Source of the DNA: Octopus sinensis
Taxonomy: Eukaryota
DNA: 64,000 bases
Reading direction: 5' to 3'
NCBI RefSeq assembly: GCF_006345805.1
Contig: NC_043014.1
Span: 32,426,001-32,490,000 of the forward strand
Program-made: the position numbers and the translations under genes
Notes under the pieces: model-generated
What the model saw: only the letters and a program-made list of their open reading frames with translations
Told to the model about the DNA's origin: nothing
The model's database searches: none
Part shown: positions 1 through 11,912 of the stretch, one piece after another
How the letters are laid out: the number at the start of each line of letters is the position of its first letter
Numbering within the stretch: the first letter of the stretch is position 1

Positions 1-957
1 TTTGTAGAGAGTGAAGATGTAAATCAGTTGGTGCATGGTCCAGTGAATATGGTGAATGGAGTAAAACACACCAGCCCAAATCCAAATCCAATATTTTATC
101 CTTGCATTATCATGGAGAAGCATAATGTTTCTCCTATTGACGAGTAAAGAGCATTTTCTTAAAAGATTTTCATACATGTGTTGCAGCTGGTCAGAGTATA
201 TGTCAGCTTTAGTATTTGATTGTGGTTCAAAAACTCAGAATGAATAATACTGCAGTGATTCCACCATGCAGGCTGCATAACCTTCCTTCCATAGAGCTCA
301 CTCTTTCAAATAAGTTGTGGAGATTTATCCTTGTTAGTCCACAGCCTTTTACATTTAAGATTGTCATAAAAGACCCATTTTCCATCACCTGTAATGATAA
401 TGATGAAAAACGGGTCATTTTTCTACCTTGAAAGAAGACTTGTCCATGTAGACATGTGATCTTCCCTATTCCTCTCAAACACCCAGTTTGCTGACTTTTC
501 CCATCTTTTTAAAGTGGCAGCAGATGGCAGATTGGAATGTGTTGAGGTCAACTGCTAATTCTCGAGTACTTTTACAATGACTTGAATTCCACTAATTCTC
601 TTAAAGCATCATGGTCGAAGTCTGATGAGCATCATCTCTGGAACAACATTTTGAAAACCAATTTCACACTTGCTGATCTGTAATGACACCTTGGCCATAA
701 ACACTGCATATTATCTTAGCTGTTTCTGTGGTATTTTTTCCATTCTTAAACTCTCACAGCATCACATGTTGAATATGCACTTCCAGTTCATCCATTTCAG
801 GAGAGTGAAATTTAATATTAATCTATAACTTGCACACTTTCAGTGCTTAAATACAAATGACAGATGAGGGTCTTTTAAAAATGGTAGTTTCCATTTCCAT
901 TTTAAACATTCAATTTACTTCCAAAATATAGAAATTATTTATGACTCAACCCAATAT
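1..957 (-). mobile_element. Decayed mariner (DD34D) transposon, 5' TIR plus most of the transposase, runs off the window start
   Basis: Minus-strand translation across frameshifts and stops gives HIQHVML*EFKNGKNTTETAKIICSVYG (HTH), IITGDGKWVFYDN (first D), RKVMQPAWWN, IMLLHDNAR (second D) and HSPYSLDHAPTD (YSPDLAP motif). TIR-like TATTGGGTTGAGTCAT at about 940-957. Confidence 0.9.
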
Positions 958-1010
958 ACATATATCTATCTATCTACCTGTCTATATATACCTATATATC
1001 TATATATCTA

Positions 1011-1092
<82 letters not shown>

Positions 1093-1156
1093 ATATATAT
1101 ATTGTATATATATATACATATATATACATATATATATATTGTACACACATATATAT

Positions 1157-1197
<41 letters not shown>

Positions 1198-1209
1198 CAA
1201 TAAAATATT

Positions 1210-1252
<43 letters not shown>

Positions 1253-1285
1253 TATATGTATATATGTATATATGTATATATATAT

Positions 1286-1697
1286 TCTCTTATTCTTTTA
1301 TTCTTTACTTGTTTCAGTCATTTGACTGTGGACATGCTGGAGCACTGCCTTTAGTCGGACAAATCAACCCCAAGACTTATACTTTGTAAGCCTAGAACTT
1401 ACTTGATTGGTATCTTTTGCCGAACCACTAAGTTATGGAGATGTAAACACACCAGCATCGGTTGTCAAGCGATGTTAGGGGAACAAACACAAACACACAA
1501 ACATATACACACACATTCACATATATATATATATATGACAAGCTTCTTCCAGTTTCCATCTGCCAAATCCACTCACAAGGCTTTGGTCGGCCTCTGGCTA
1601 TAGTAGAAGACACTTGCCCAAGGTGCCATGCAGTGGGACTGAACCCGGAACCATGTGGCTGGTAAGCAAGCTACTTACCACGGACCCACTCCTGTGC
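1286..1697 (-). mobile_element. tRNA-derived SINE, family A (dominant family in window)
   Basis: Reverse complement of head GGAGTGG..GGTAAGTAGCTTGCTTACC..GGTTCAGTCCC, central (TA/CA)n, and tail GACTGAAACAAGTAAAAGA; matches many other copies in the window. Confidence 0.9.
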
Positions 1698-2449
1698 CTA
1701 TGTTTATTTATATATATGCACACAAACATACATGCGCACACACATGCACACACAAACACATATATATATATATATACATACATACATACATACATACATA
1801 CATACCTACATACATACATACATACATACATACCTACATACATACATACATACATACATACATAGTTATCTGACGCTGGTAATATTTCCTTAGTTGGCAA
1901 GTGGTAAATTCCATGTTTGAAACACAAATTTCCACTGATGAGAGCACTGACTAAATATCTTTGTCTTGGAGTTTAAAAAGGACCCCAAGTCAAGTGAGAT
2001 TTTCAGGATTTTTGCTCTTTTGGCCAAGTAAAGCTTACATCATTTGCTCTCATTGGTGTATGCCCCCAGTTGTTCTAGAACCTTCCATTTAATTATCATG
2101 TCATACCCTGTTTTTTAACACCATATGTAGCTGACTAGAGATATAATGTTGCACCTCTCTGGTATCCTAAAGGAAGACTTCTGGTTATCCAGATAATGCT
2201 TCAAAAACCTGCATGTAGATCCAACATATTTTTGTGCCTGTGCTCTTGTGGTAGTAGTGTTACAACTGCTGTTGTTGCTGTTATTATCTTTGCCAATGCT
2301 AGTGATATCGCTGGATCCACTGCTGCTGATGCTGTTGCTGGTATCACTGCCATTGTTGTTGTTTTGCTATTGCCATTGCTGGATGCAATCCTGGGGCTGC
2401 AGTTGCTGCCAGTAAGGTTACTGTTGCTGCTACAACCAGATACGTTGCT

Positions 2450-2527
<78 letters not shown>

Positions 2528-2686
2528 TAGATAGTCACACAGACAGATAGAGATATAAATATATATATAGATATATACATATATACACATATACATACAC
2601 ACACACACAAGCACATACACATATATACGTACAAACAAACACACAAATACACACACACACATGCACACACACACACACACGCACAC

Positions 2687-2729
<43 letters not shown>

Positions 2730-3396
2730 CGCACACACACATATGTCAAATATACCTATTTCTGCATAGTTTTAAACATAGATTGGGAGCAGTTTGAACA
2801 GCTTTAATTGATGGAAACTGAAAGAAGCCCATTGTATATGTATGTATATGTGAAAGAGAAAGAGTGTGTGTGTACTTTTATTTTCTTGTCATGACATCAC
2901 ATGATAGTTGTAAATGAGCATCACTGTCATATGAGCAGTGTCATTCATTTCCAATACTCTGCAAAAACATGTCTGTGCCTTGGGAAAATATTACTTTACT
3001 GGGAAGCAGGTAAAAGTTGGTGATAGGAAGAGCATCCAATCAGAGAAAACATAGAAAATCTACTTCAATAAATTCTGTCCAACCCATAGAAAAGTGAATG
3101 TTAAAACAATAATGATGATTTTGTGTGTGTGTGCATGCACGTGCATGTGTGTGTGTGTTTTTGTGTGTGTGTGTTTGTGTGTGTGTGTACACACACACAC
3201 AGATAGGTAGATAAATAGATAGATATACACACAGTGAGAGAGAGAGAGAGAGAGAGAAGAGTAAAGAGAAAGAGGGAGACGAATGAAGTGAAAGAGGAAG
3301 AAGAGTAAAGAGAGAGAGAAATTGGTCGATAGATTGAAAGAAAGATAAACAATGGAAATGAAAATTGCGAAAAATCTGCAAGTGGCATTTAATATC

Positions 3397-3800
3397 CTAC
3401 CTTACATCTTTCACTAAAAGGAATTCATCAGTAAAAATAACCCATTCCATACAATTTACCATAGTGCCAACTCCAGTAAATACCATCTTTTTATGCCCTG
3501 ACCCTTTCACAATGAATTCTTCACTCAGTTTTGCAAAAGCTGCACACATTCTGCTACAGAAATCACGAGAAGCAAGTAAGACTGTGAAAGCTTTTTCCGC
3601 CATCCCTTACTTCTTGGACGTCTATTGCTTCTTGACTGACATCTTTGTGCAGCTGTTATTAAGATGCATGTTTGCACTTGTTTACCTAAGACAATATGCA
3701 TTTCATAATTGTTTTTCTGCACATCAAATGTCGCTGCACTCATATCAAGTTTGGTAATTGGCTGGAATTTCATCTTATGCTTTTATCTTGCATGGCATTG
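3397..3800 (-). mobile_element. Probable highly decayed Tc1-like transposase fragment
   Basis: VIFTDE motif, or WN-VIFTDES with 1-bp shifts. It is preceded by HKKM-IYW (similar to HKxKRLxW) and RRPRSKGWRKKLS, which is the order expected for a Tc1 DNA-binding-to-catalytic region. Frameshifted. Confidence 0.45.
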
Positions 3801-4415
3801 GTTAAGTAAAAATATGTGTATGTGTTTCTCCATTCATGTGCAGCATTGTGCTTGTGAGCATGTGCGTTTGCACATGTGTATGTGTGTGTGTGCACATGCA
3901 CATGTATGTGTGTCTATGTCTTTGGGAAAATGCACTTCTGTGTGTTTATAAAATGGAGTATGTATATGCCTATGTGTATAGCATATATATGTGTATAGCA
4001 TATATTACACACACACGCAATGTGTGTGTATAGTATATATATATATATATATGATGTGTGTGTGTGTGTGTGTGTGTATGTGTGTGTATATACACACACA
4101 CTCACATGCATACACATATATATAGATAAATAGATAAATAGATAGATAGATATGTGTCTGTGAATGTATGAATGTATGTATGTGTATATACACATATGCA
4201 TATGAATGTGTGTCTATATGTGTGTGTGCATGTATATGCATGCATGTGCATTCATGTATATAAATGTATGTTTGTAAAGAAAATAAGCAATTGATAAAAC
4301 AGCCATCATAGAATACAAAGGTTATGTGAAGAGCAATCTAGGAACTAGATACATGGCCATCTACATAATTGTTGATCAATATACATGGTTAATGAACTGT
4401 GTGTATAGTTATATA

Positions 4416-4650
4416 TATATATATATATATACATATGTGACCGCATGTGTATCATTGGCAATTTTTTTCCTCTGTCTTCCCTTCCTTGAATCTTTCCTTT
4501 TTCTATGTTTCTGATGAAGAGCTCCGCTCGAAAAGTTAAATCCTCCTTCTTTCTTTCCTTGCCTCAGCGTCCAGTAACACTATACTTGTTCCATGTCCTC
4601 GCATTGTTGTGTTTTCCCTTTGTGTTTTCATGTTTGGATTAACTATAACA
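4416..4650 (+). mobile_element. Penelope-type pseudo-LTR / non-autonomous PLE remnant
   Basis: Pyrimidine-rich 235-bp unit between (TA)n tracts that carries a minimal hammerhead motif at 4507-4541. PLE assignment is inferred from the HHR type. Confidence 0.6.
4507..4541 (+). ncRNA. Minimal type I hammerhead ribozyme motif (helix III damaged)
   Basis: GUUU-CUGAUGA-A-GAGC(UCC)GCUC-GAAA-AGUU/AAAU. Core intact, stem II 4 bp, stem I GUUU:AAAU. Helix III reads AAGU instead of palindromic ACGU. Confidence 0.75.
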
Positions 4651-4689
4651 TCAAAATAAATATCAAATGGAAATTGTAGTTGTGATAAC

Positions 4690-4935
4690 TGTGCCAGTGG
4701 AACGTAAAAAGCACCATCCAAACGTGGCTGATGCCAGCGCTGCCTTGACTGGCTTCTGTGCTGGTGGCACGTAAAAAGTACCCACTACACTCACGGAGTG
4801 GTTGACGTTAGGAAGGGCATCCAGCTGTAGAAACACTGCCAGATCAGACTGGAGCCTGGTGCAGCCTCCTGGCTTCCAAGACCCCAGTCGAACCGTCCAA
4901 CCCATGCTAGCACAGAAAATGGACATTAAACGATG
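4690..4935 (+). mobile_element. SINE/LINE-tail family B (GGAAGGGCATCCAGCTGTAGAAAC...GACATTAAACGATGATG)
   Basis: Same body recurs at 4980-5220(-), 13790-13960(-), 18970-19240, 25690-26050, 28240-28440(-), 37270-37450(-), 57000-57190(-) and 62400-62610. Confidence 0.75.
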
Positions 4936-5218
4936 ATGATGAGGAGAAGGAGGATATATATATATATATATCCTCATCATCATCATCATCTGACATCCGT
5001 TGTCTATGTTGGCATGGGTTGGACGGTTTGACCAGGGCTGGCAAGCTGGTAGGCTGTACCAGACTCTAGTCTGATTTGGGATGTTTTCTAATGCTGGTTG
5101 CCCTTTCTAACGCTGACCACTTCAAGAGTGTAATGGATGTTTTTATGTGCCACTGGAATGATTTCCATTTGCATGACACCCATATCTGCCAGACTGCAAT
5201 GTCACTTGGCTTGATGGG

Positions 5219-5376
5219 TCTTCTTCTTCTTCTTCTTCTTCTTCTTCTTCTTCTTCTTCTTCTTCTTCTTCTTCTTCTTCTTCTTCTTCTTCTTCTTCTT
5301 CTTCTTCTTCTTCTTCTTCTTCTTCTTCTTCTTCTTCTTCTTCTTCTTCTTCTTCTTCTTCTTCTTCTTCTTCTTC
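5219..5376. repeat. Pure (TTC)n/(GAA)n microsatellite, about 52 units
   Basis: Uninterrupted TTC run; it produces the poly-Leu ORF 5076-5459. Confidence 0.98.
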
Positions 5377-5526
5377 TCCTATTTTATAATTTAAACATAA
5401 TTATAATTAGGGTTCAGCTAATTGCTTCACCACATACCGAATCTAGAACTAGGAGTTAAAATTCCTTTTCTCCTACTATAAGAATCTCATATATAAGTAA
5501 TAATTATTGTCACTTCAACATTGGTT

Positions 5527-5827
5527 GTTCTGTAGGCACTGATGTTACTACCATTTTAACCCTGGGAAGATACCTCCTCCAGCTGGTTATTCAATGCAAT
5601 CTGCATCTGATATATATGCAAGCAGGGGAGTAAACCCCTGCCCCACCTCCCATCCATGAGACCACCAGAGCTCAAGACCATACAGTCTGGTGGTCTTGTG
5701 GCTGGAAGATGGTAGGGGTTCACTCCCCTGCTTGCAATATATATCAGATGCAGATTGCATCAAATAACCAGCAGGTGGAGGCGTCTTCCTGGGATTAAAA
5801 TGGTAGTAACACCTGTTCCTACAGAAC
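5527..5827. repeat. About 300-bp foldback (long inverted repeat)
   Basis: Arms about 5527-5669 and 5686-5827 are reverse complements (GTTCTGTAGG...GAGACCACCAGA / TCTGGTGGTCTT...CCTACAGAAC), with a loop of about 16 nt. Confidence 0.9.
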
Positions 5828-5924
5828 AGTCATCTTGAAGTGGTGATAAACATTATTTCTCAGTATAATTACTATTTTCATCTTTTTATAGAGATTTTCT
5901 AACTTGCTAATTTGCTTGTTATAT

Positions 5925-7000
5925 GTTCAACAGTTGACATGTCAGTAAACTGAGTACATGGCTTGTGAAATGTGCACATGTCCAGTGAACTTTGTGAACA
6001 TCTAGTGAACAGAGTATGTGTGTGTGTGTGTATATAATATATATATACTTCTTTACTCTTTTACTTGTTTCAGTCTTTGACTGTGGCCACGCTGGAGTAC
6101 CGCCTTTAGTCGAGCAAATCACCCCAGGATTATTCTGTAAAGCCTATGCTTATTCTATCGGTCTCTTTTTGCCAAACGCTAAGTTACGGGGACGTTAGTA
6201 AACACCCCAGCATCAGTTGTCAAGCGATGTTGGGGGGGGACAAACACAGACATACAACACACCACCACACACATATATATATATACATATATATGACGGT
6301 CTTCTTTCAGTTTCCGTCTACCAAATCCACTCACAAGGTTTGGGTCCCCGAGGCTATAGTAGAAGGACACTTGCCCAAGGTGCATGCAGTGGGACTGAAC
6401 CTGGAACCATGTGGTTGGTAAGCAAGCTACTTACCATACAGCCACTCCTGCACCTTCACTTACTATGTGTATAACAAGAGAAACGTGTATATGGTTAGTG
6501 AACTGTATGTAGCTAGTAAATTGTATACTTGGCTCGTGAAATATTTACATGACTAGTAAACAGTGTACATGTCTAATAACTATGTACATTGTGCTGAACT
6601 ATATATTTGTTTAGCAAAATGTATCTGTCTAGTGAACACTTCATATGGCTACTTAACTGTGTACTGAGGTGTGAATTGTGTATTTGATTAGTGAATTATG
6701 TACATGTTTAGTGAACTGTGTGCGTAGTTAGTGAACTGTATATGTGGTTAGTGAACCATATATATTGCTAGCGGATTTCCCATGGGAAGGGAACTGTATA
6801 CATGTCTAATATATTGTGTACATTTCTACTGAACTCTATACCAAGCTAGTGAACAATTTACATTGCTAGTGAACTATGTATATGGCTAATGAGCTTTTCA
6901 CATGTTCATTGAACTGTTTACATGGTGAGTGAAGTCTATACATACATGGTCAACAAAATATATACGTATTCAGTAAAATATGAACATAGCTACTATATTA
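5925..7000. repeat. Degenerate ~20-bp minisatellite (CTAGTGAACTGTGTACATGG-like), split by a SINE
   Basis: TAGTGAAC-type units recur about every 20 bp at 5925-6010 and 6480-7000. Confidence 0.75.
6045..6450 (-). mobile_element. SINE family A
   Basis: Full head-to-tail match to family A, reverse orientation. Confidence 0.9.
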
Positions 7001-7095
7001 CTTGTAAAAATCCATTTTACAATAGACACAAGGCCTGAAATTTTGTGGAAGAGGCAAGCTGGTTACATCAGCCCCTAGTGCTTGACTGGTTCTCA

Positions 7096-7195
7096 NNNNN
7101 NNNNNNNNNNNNNNNNNNNNNNNNNNNNNNNNNNNNNNNNNNNNNNNNNNNNNNNNNNNNNNNNNNNNNNNNNNNNNNNNNNNNNNNNNNNNNNN
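7096..7195. other. Assembly gap (100 N)
   Basis: Run of N. Confidence 1.
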
Positions 7196-7725
7196 GTAAT
7201 GGCAGCAGCTATGGTACTTTTAGTAGTGATATTGTTTGTGGTCATGGTCATGGTAATATTATGGTAATAGCAGTGGCAGTAGTGGTGGTGGTGGTGGTGG
7301 TGGTGGTGGTGGTGGTGGTGGTGGTGGTGGTGGTGGCGGTCGTGGTGGTGGTGGTAGTTGTTGTGGTGGTAGTCACAATTGCATCGGGGGGGGGGGGGGT
7401 GTTTTCTTGTATATTGCTATTACGAGATAAATATCTGTATAGAGAAGTGTGTGTTTATGTGCATATGATTATGTGTGTATGTATGCATGTATGTACACAT
7501 GCACGTCATCACCATTTAATGCTCATTTTCTAAGCTGGTATGTGTTGGACATACTCACATACACAAAGACACATGTATATATGTGTGTGTGTGTGTTTGT
7601 ATATATATATATATATGTGTTTATATATATATATATACACACATATTATGTATATAGATATATATATATATATATTATATATATATATATTATGTATATT
7701 AATATCTATATATATATATATATAT

Positions 7726-7774
<49 letters not shown>

Positions 7775-7814
7775 GTATATATATTATATACATATGCACA
7801 TGTTAATAAATAGG

Positions 7815-8200
7815 TTAAGGAATGGTTGTGTGGTAAGAAGCTTGCTTTCCAACCACATGGTGCCAGGTTCAGTCCCTCTACATGGCAAGCATGGTTAAAT
7901 GTCTTCTGTTAAATGCTTTGTGAGTGGATTTGGTACATGGAAACTGAAAGAAGCCTGTCGTATATATGTATATATATGTATATGTTTATTAGTATTTGTG
8001 TGTCTGCATTTGTCCCCACCACCATCGTTTGCCAACCAATGTTGGTGTGCTTACATCCCCATAACTTAGTGGTTTGGTAAAAGAGACCAATAGAATAAAT
8101 ACTAGACTTACAAAGAATAAGTCCTGGGGTCAGTTTGTTCAGCTAATGGCAGTGCTCCAGCATGGCCACAATCAAATGACTGAAACAAGTTAAAGAATAT
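7815..8200 (+). mobile_element. SINE family A (diverged)
   Basis: Head GTGTGGTAAGAAGCTTGC..GGTTCAGTCCC through tail GACTGAAACAAGTTAAAG. Confidence 0.85.
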
Positions 8201-8393
8201 AAGAATAATATAATATATATATATTTATTTATATATACACATACATATATACATACATACACACACATATGTGTATACACACTCTCACACACAAACATAT
8301 ATACATGTATATGTATGTTTATATATACATATACACATTTATACATACATGTATATATGTAGATGTATATGCATTTATATTCATATATGTATA

Positions 8394-8434
<41 letters not shown>

Positions 8435-8950
8435 TATATGTAAGCAAACACGCATCACATATGCAAATATGCAATTTGTCTGTCTCTCTGTACTCAAACA
8501 TACGCACACACATATAAGCATATCATTGTCTATACATATAATTTTGAACATATGTGTGTGTATATATATATAACATATATATATATATATTATCTATATA
8601 TATATATCTATTTGTAATAACTATATCTATAATTCCGTAATGTTTCTAAATGTCTTTAATGAACATTAATGCTTATGATGTTCTCAGAGATAAAATTCAA
8701 AAGAAAACTTAATGAAGGTTGACTGACTGTACCTCCCTCGCCTTTCTCTCTTCCTACTGTCTCCCTGTCACTCTCTCCCTTCCACTATCTTTCTCGACGT
8801 TCTTTTTCCTCTTACTCTCTCTCCTCCCACTCACTCTTTTTCTCCTCCCATTTTCTCTCTCCTCCCACTCTTGTTCCTCTCACTCTTTCTCTGATCTTAT
8901 TCTTCTCTCTTTCACATTATTATTATTATTGTTATATTATTATTATTATT

Positions 8951-9012
<62 letters not shown>

Positions 9013-9227
9013 TCATCACCATCATCATCATCATCGTCATCAAAATCTGATTTGTCTCCATTATCATCATTCCCACTGCTCTTATCAATATCAGGATCAT
9101 TTTCATCTCCATCTCCATCATCATCATCGTCACTATCATCATCATCCTCATCATAGTCTTTGTCAACAATATCCTCATCTTTATCATTATTCCTATCATT
9201 ATTCACATGGTTCTTATTGATATTATT

Positions 9228-9259
<32 letters not shown>

Positions 9260-9286
9260 TCTCATCTTTATCATGCTTTCAACATT

Positions 9287-9324
<38 letters not shown>

Positions 9325-9405
9325 TATCATCTTCGTTGTCAGCAGCTGCATCATCATCATCATTATCATCATCATCATCATTTTTGTCATCACTCTCACC
9401 ACTAC

Positions 9406-9440
<35 letters not shown>

Positions 9441-9879
9441 ACTTCATCATTATTTATCTTCATGAATACATCTGTCCTCCCCCCCACCTCCATTTACCAT
9501 TCCTCTATGTCATATAATAAGTGTTTACATAACAGCATATTGATTTCTTATATATTTCTCAAGATGAAACATTTGTGGGAGAGCGAAGAGCAGTCAACTG
9601 CATCGATACTATTATAAATCTGGTAATTATTTTATTGAGAATCTGTAGTAATGGAAGTAAAATTGAACCTCCAATATACTTCGGTCTCAAAGTACGTAGA
9701 GACCTAACTAAATACCTCAAGAAATAAAGGCTTCATCATTGCTGCCACTCTGTAAGCCTCTGTAAACATGACCCTCTATAAACATTGTACTCTAAATACA
9801 CTGTACTCTACACAAAACTCCATAACCATATATAGTACTCTAAATTGGAAATTTTTTCATGTAATTAAATCACCATTAT

Positions 9880-10210
9880 ATGTGTTTCTGGATCACGCCT
9901 TTCTCATCCACGGGATCCCAATAGCCCTCCTGAAATTGTAACTCCACCGTCTTGGAAGCCTTCCGAGTAGTCGTTTCCACTTGCACGGGTACCACTCAAC
10001 AACTGCTCAGGTACCACTCGACAACTGCGTGGGTCCACCTATTATCGGTGAAACGGGCGACGTGTCCAGCCCATCTAAACTTGCTGCGTATATGTTCTAC
10101 GATGGCATCCCTCACGCCGGACTTATTTCTGATGACCTCATTACTGATGTGCTCTCTCAACGAAATTCCAAGCATTGAACTCTCCATGGCTCTTTGAACC
10201 ATTACCAACA
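9880..10210 (-). mobile_element. RTE-clade LINE, 3' fragment
   Basis: RAMESSMLGISLREHISNEVIRNKSGVRDAIVEHIRSKFRWAGHVARFTDNRWT is a typical RTE C-terminal WAGH region. Confidence 0.9.
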
Positions 10211-10579
10211 TCTGGCATGATCCAGAGAAGAGTGGACAGCATGCTGTGACCAGCAGTGTCAAATGGATGCCTGATTGACTGGTCAGTCAAGGTGATCAAG
10301 CTGATATCTGATTCATTTGCTTATGAATTTCAAAGCTGGAAGGAATTTCCTATAAGAATTCCTAAAACGTCTATCTAACATGTAAAACTTTGTAATTCCT
10401 ATTAGTAAATGAAACACATGTAATGGTGAAAAAGTGATACCATAATATTTTTAAAATTTCCTGTTTTGTTATACAATAACTCTGCTAATAATATTTCCAT
10501 AATTCTAAACTTTAATATGCATTATGAATTAGCATACAGCAGCCACTAAGACTACATGTTGGATTGTAATAATGAAATA

Positions 10580-11000
10580 AGCAGGAGTGACTGTGTGGTA
10601 AGTAGCTTGCTAACCAACCACATGGTTCCGGGTTCAGTCCCACTGCATGGCATCTTGGGCAAGTGTCTTCTGCTATAGCCTCGGGCCGACCAATGTCTTG
10701 TGAGTGGATCTGGTAGAACCGAAACTGAAAGAAGCCTGTCGTATATAATATATATATTATAATATATATATATATTATATATATATAATATTTAGTGTGT
10801 GTGGTTTTTGTGTGTCTGTGTTTGTCCCCCTAGCACTGCTTGACAACCGATGCTGGTGTATTTACGTTCCCGTCACTTGGCGGTTCGGCAAAAGAAACCG
10901 ATGAATAAGTACTGGGCTTACAAAGAATTTGCTCGACTAAAGGCGGTGCTCCAGCATGGCCACAGTCAAATGACTGAAATAAGTGAAAGAGTAAAAGAGA
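10580..11000 (+). mobile_element. SINE family A
   Basis: Full copy; a partial head also lies at 11130-11290. Confidence 0.9.
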
Positions 11001-11300
11001 AAAGAGAAAGAGATGTGTTTGAAGAGGAAACAGTTGGGATTTACCTTCACTACCTACATAGTACTCTACATGCATAATCCTGCATATTTATAATACTCTA
11101 CATATATATCATTCTATATATGTAATCCTCCAGGCGTGACTGTGTGGTAAGAAGCTATCTTCACAACTACATTGTTCCAGGTTCAGTCCCACTGTGTGGC
11201 ACTTTGGGCAAATGTCTTCTACTATAGCTTCACACTGACCAAAGCCTTGTGAGAGGATTTGTTAGACAGAAACTGGAAGACCATTGTATACATACATACA

Positions 11301-11334
<34 letters not shown>

Positions 11335-11345
11335 CATACAAACAG

Positions 11346-11378
<33 letters not shown>

Positions 11379-11472
11379 ATAATATATATATAATCAATAT
11401 AGGGTGGCAAAAATTTTGTAGAATTTTTTTGCCACCAGCGGCCTAGTGGGAATTGGCCATTCCTTGATTGTG

Positions 11473-11510
<38 letters not shown>

Positions 11511-11589
11511 ATGTATGTTATATATATATATATATTATATAATATATATATATATATATGTATATGTATGTTATATATATATATATTTG

Positions 11590-11912
11590 CAAAGTGTTGT
11601 ATTACTCTTGAATACTGTCCTGATGTCATAGGGGCTGCATATCTTTTTGTATTTTTTTGGAGAGGCCTTTCACATAGGGTAGACAAACTGTGGACAGTTT
11701 ATTGGTTTCAGCCTCTCTTTTCTTCCTAATTGGAGTGGAGAGTATGTTTTTGGGGTTGTTGCTGCTTAAAAGATTGTTATTGAGCTTGATCATTTCTTCA
11801 TGATGGGTATCAAGATCGCTACTTATATTCTATGTTTTAGGCACTGAGCAATCCTCTCTTTACATGGTATGTATGGTGGCAGTTGAAGTTGAGGTTAAAT
11901 ATAGAACTGTAT
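11590..11912 (-). mobile_element. Penelope-like element ORF fragment (RT thumb / linker before GIY-YIG)
   Basis: Minus strand with frameshifts: HHTYHVKRG/AQCLKHR ... KLSTVCLPYVKGLSKKIQK/ICSPYDIRTVFKSNTTL. This matches the PLE LPYxxGxSxxI...FK.xxTL linker. Confidence 0.85.

Noticed and set aside
3406-3550. Minus-strand 145-nt candidate host exon (MCAAFAKLSEEF...WVIFTDEFLLVKD) with plausible CAG and GTAAGG sites
   Set aside because: No partner exons found. Neighbouring frames give Tc1-like motifs (HKKxxxW, WN-VIFTDES), so a decayed transposase is more parsimonious. RNA-seq would settle it.
8719-9617. Poly-Asp/His/Ser ORFs suggesting an acidic or biomineral protein (also 42040-42984 and 44108-44900)
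   Set aside because: ORFs are open in several frames and on both strands because of (GAT)n/(CAT)n repeats; no splice or unique-domain support.
11403-11436. Small perfect hairpin GGTGGCAAAAA/TTTTTGCCACC after TATA
   Set aside because: Probably a Tc1/mariner MITE end remnant; too short to classify or assign function.
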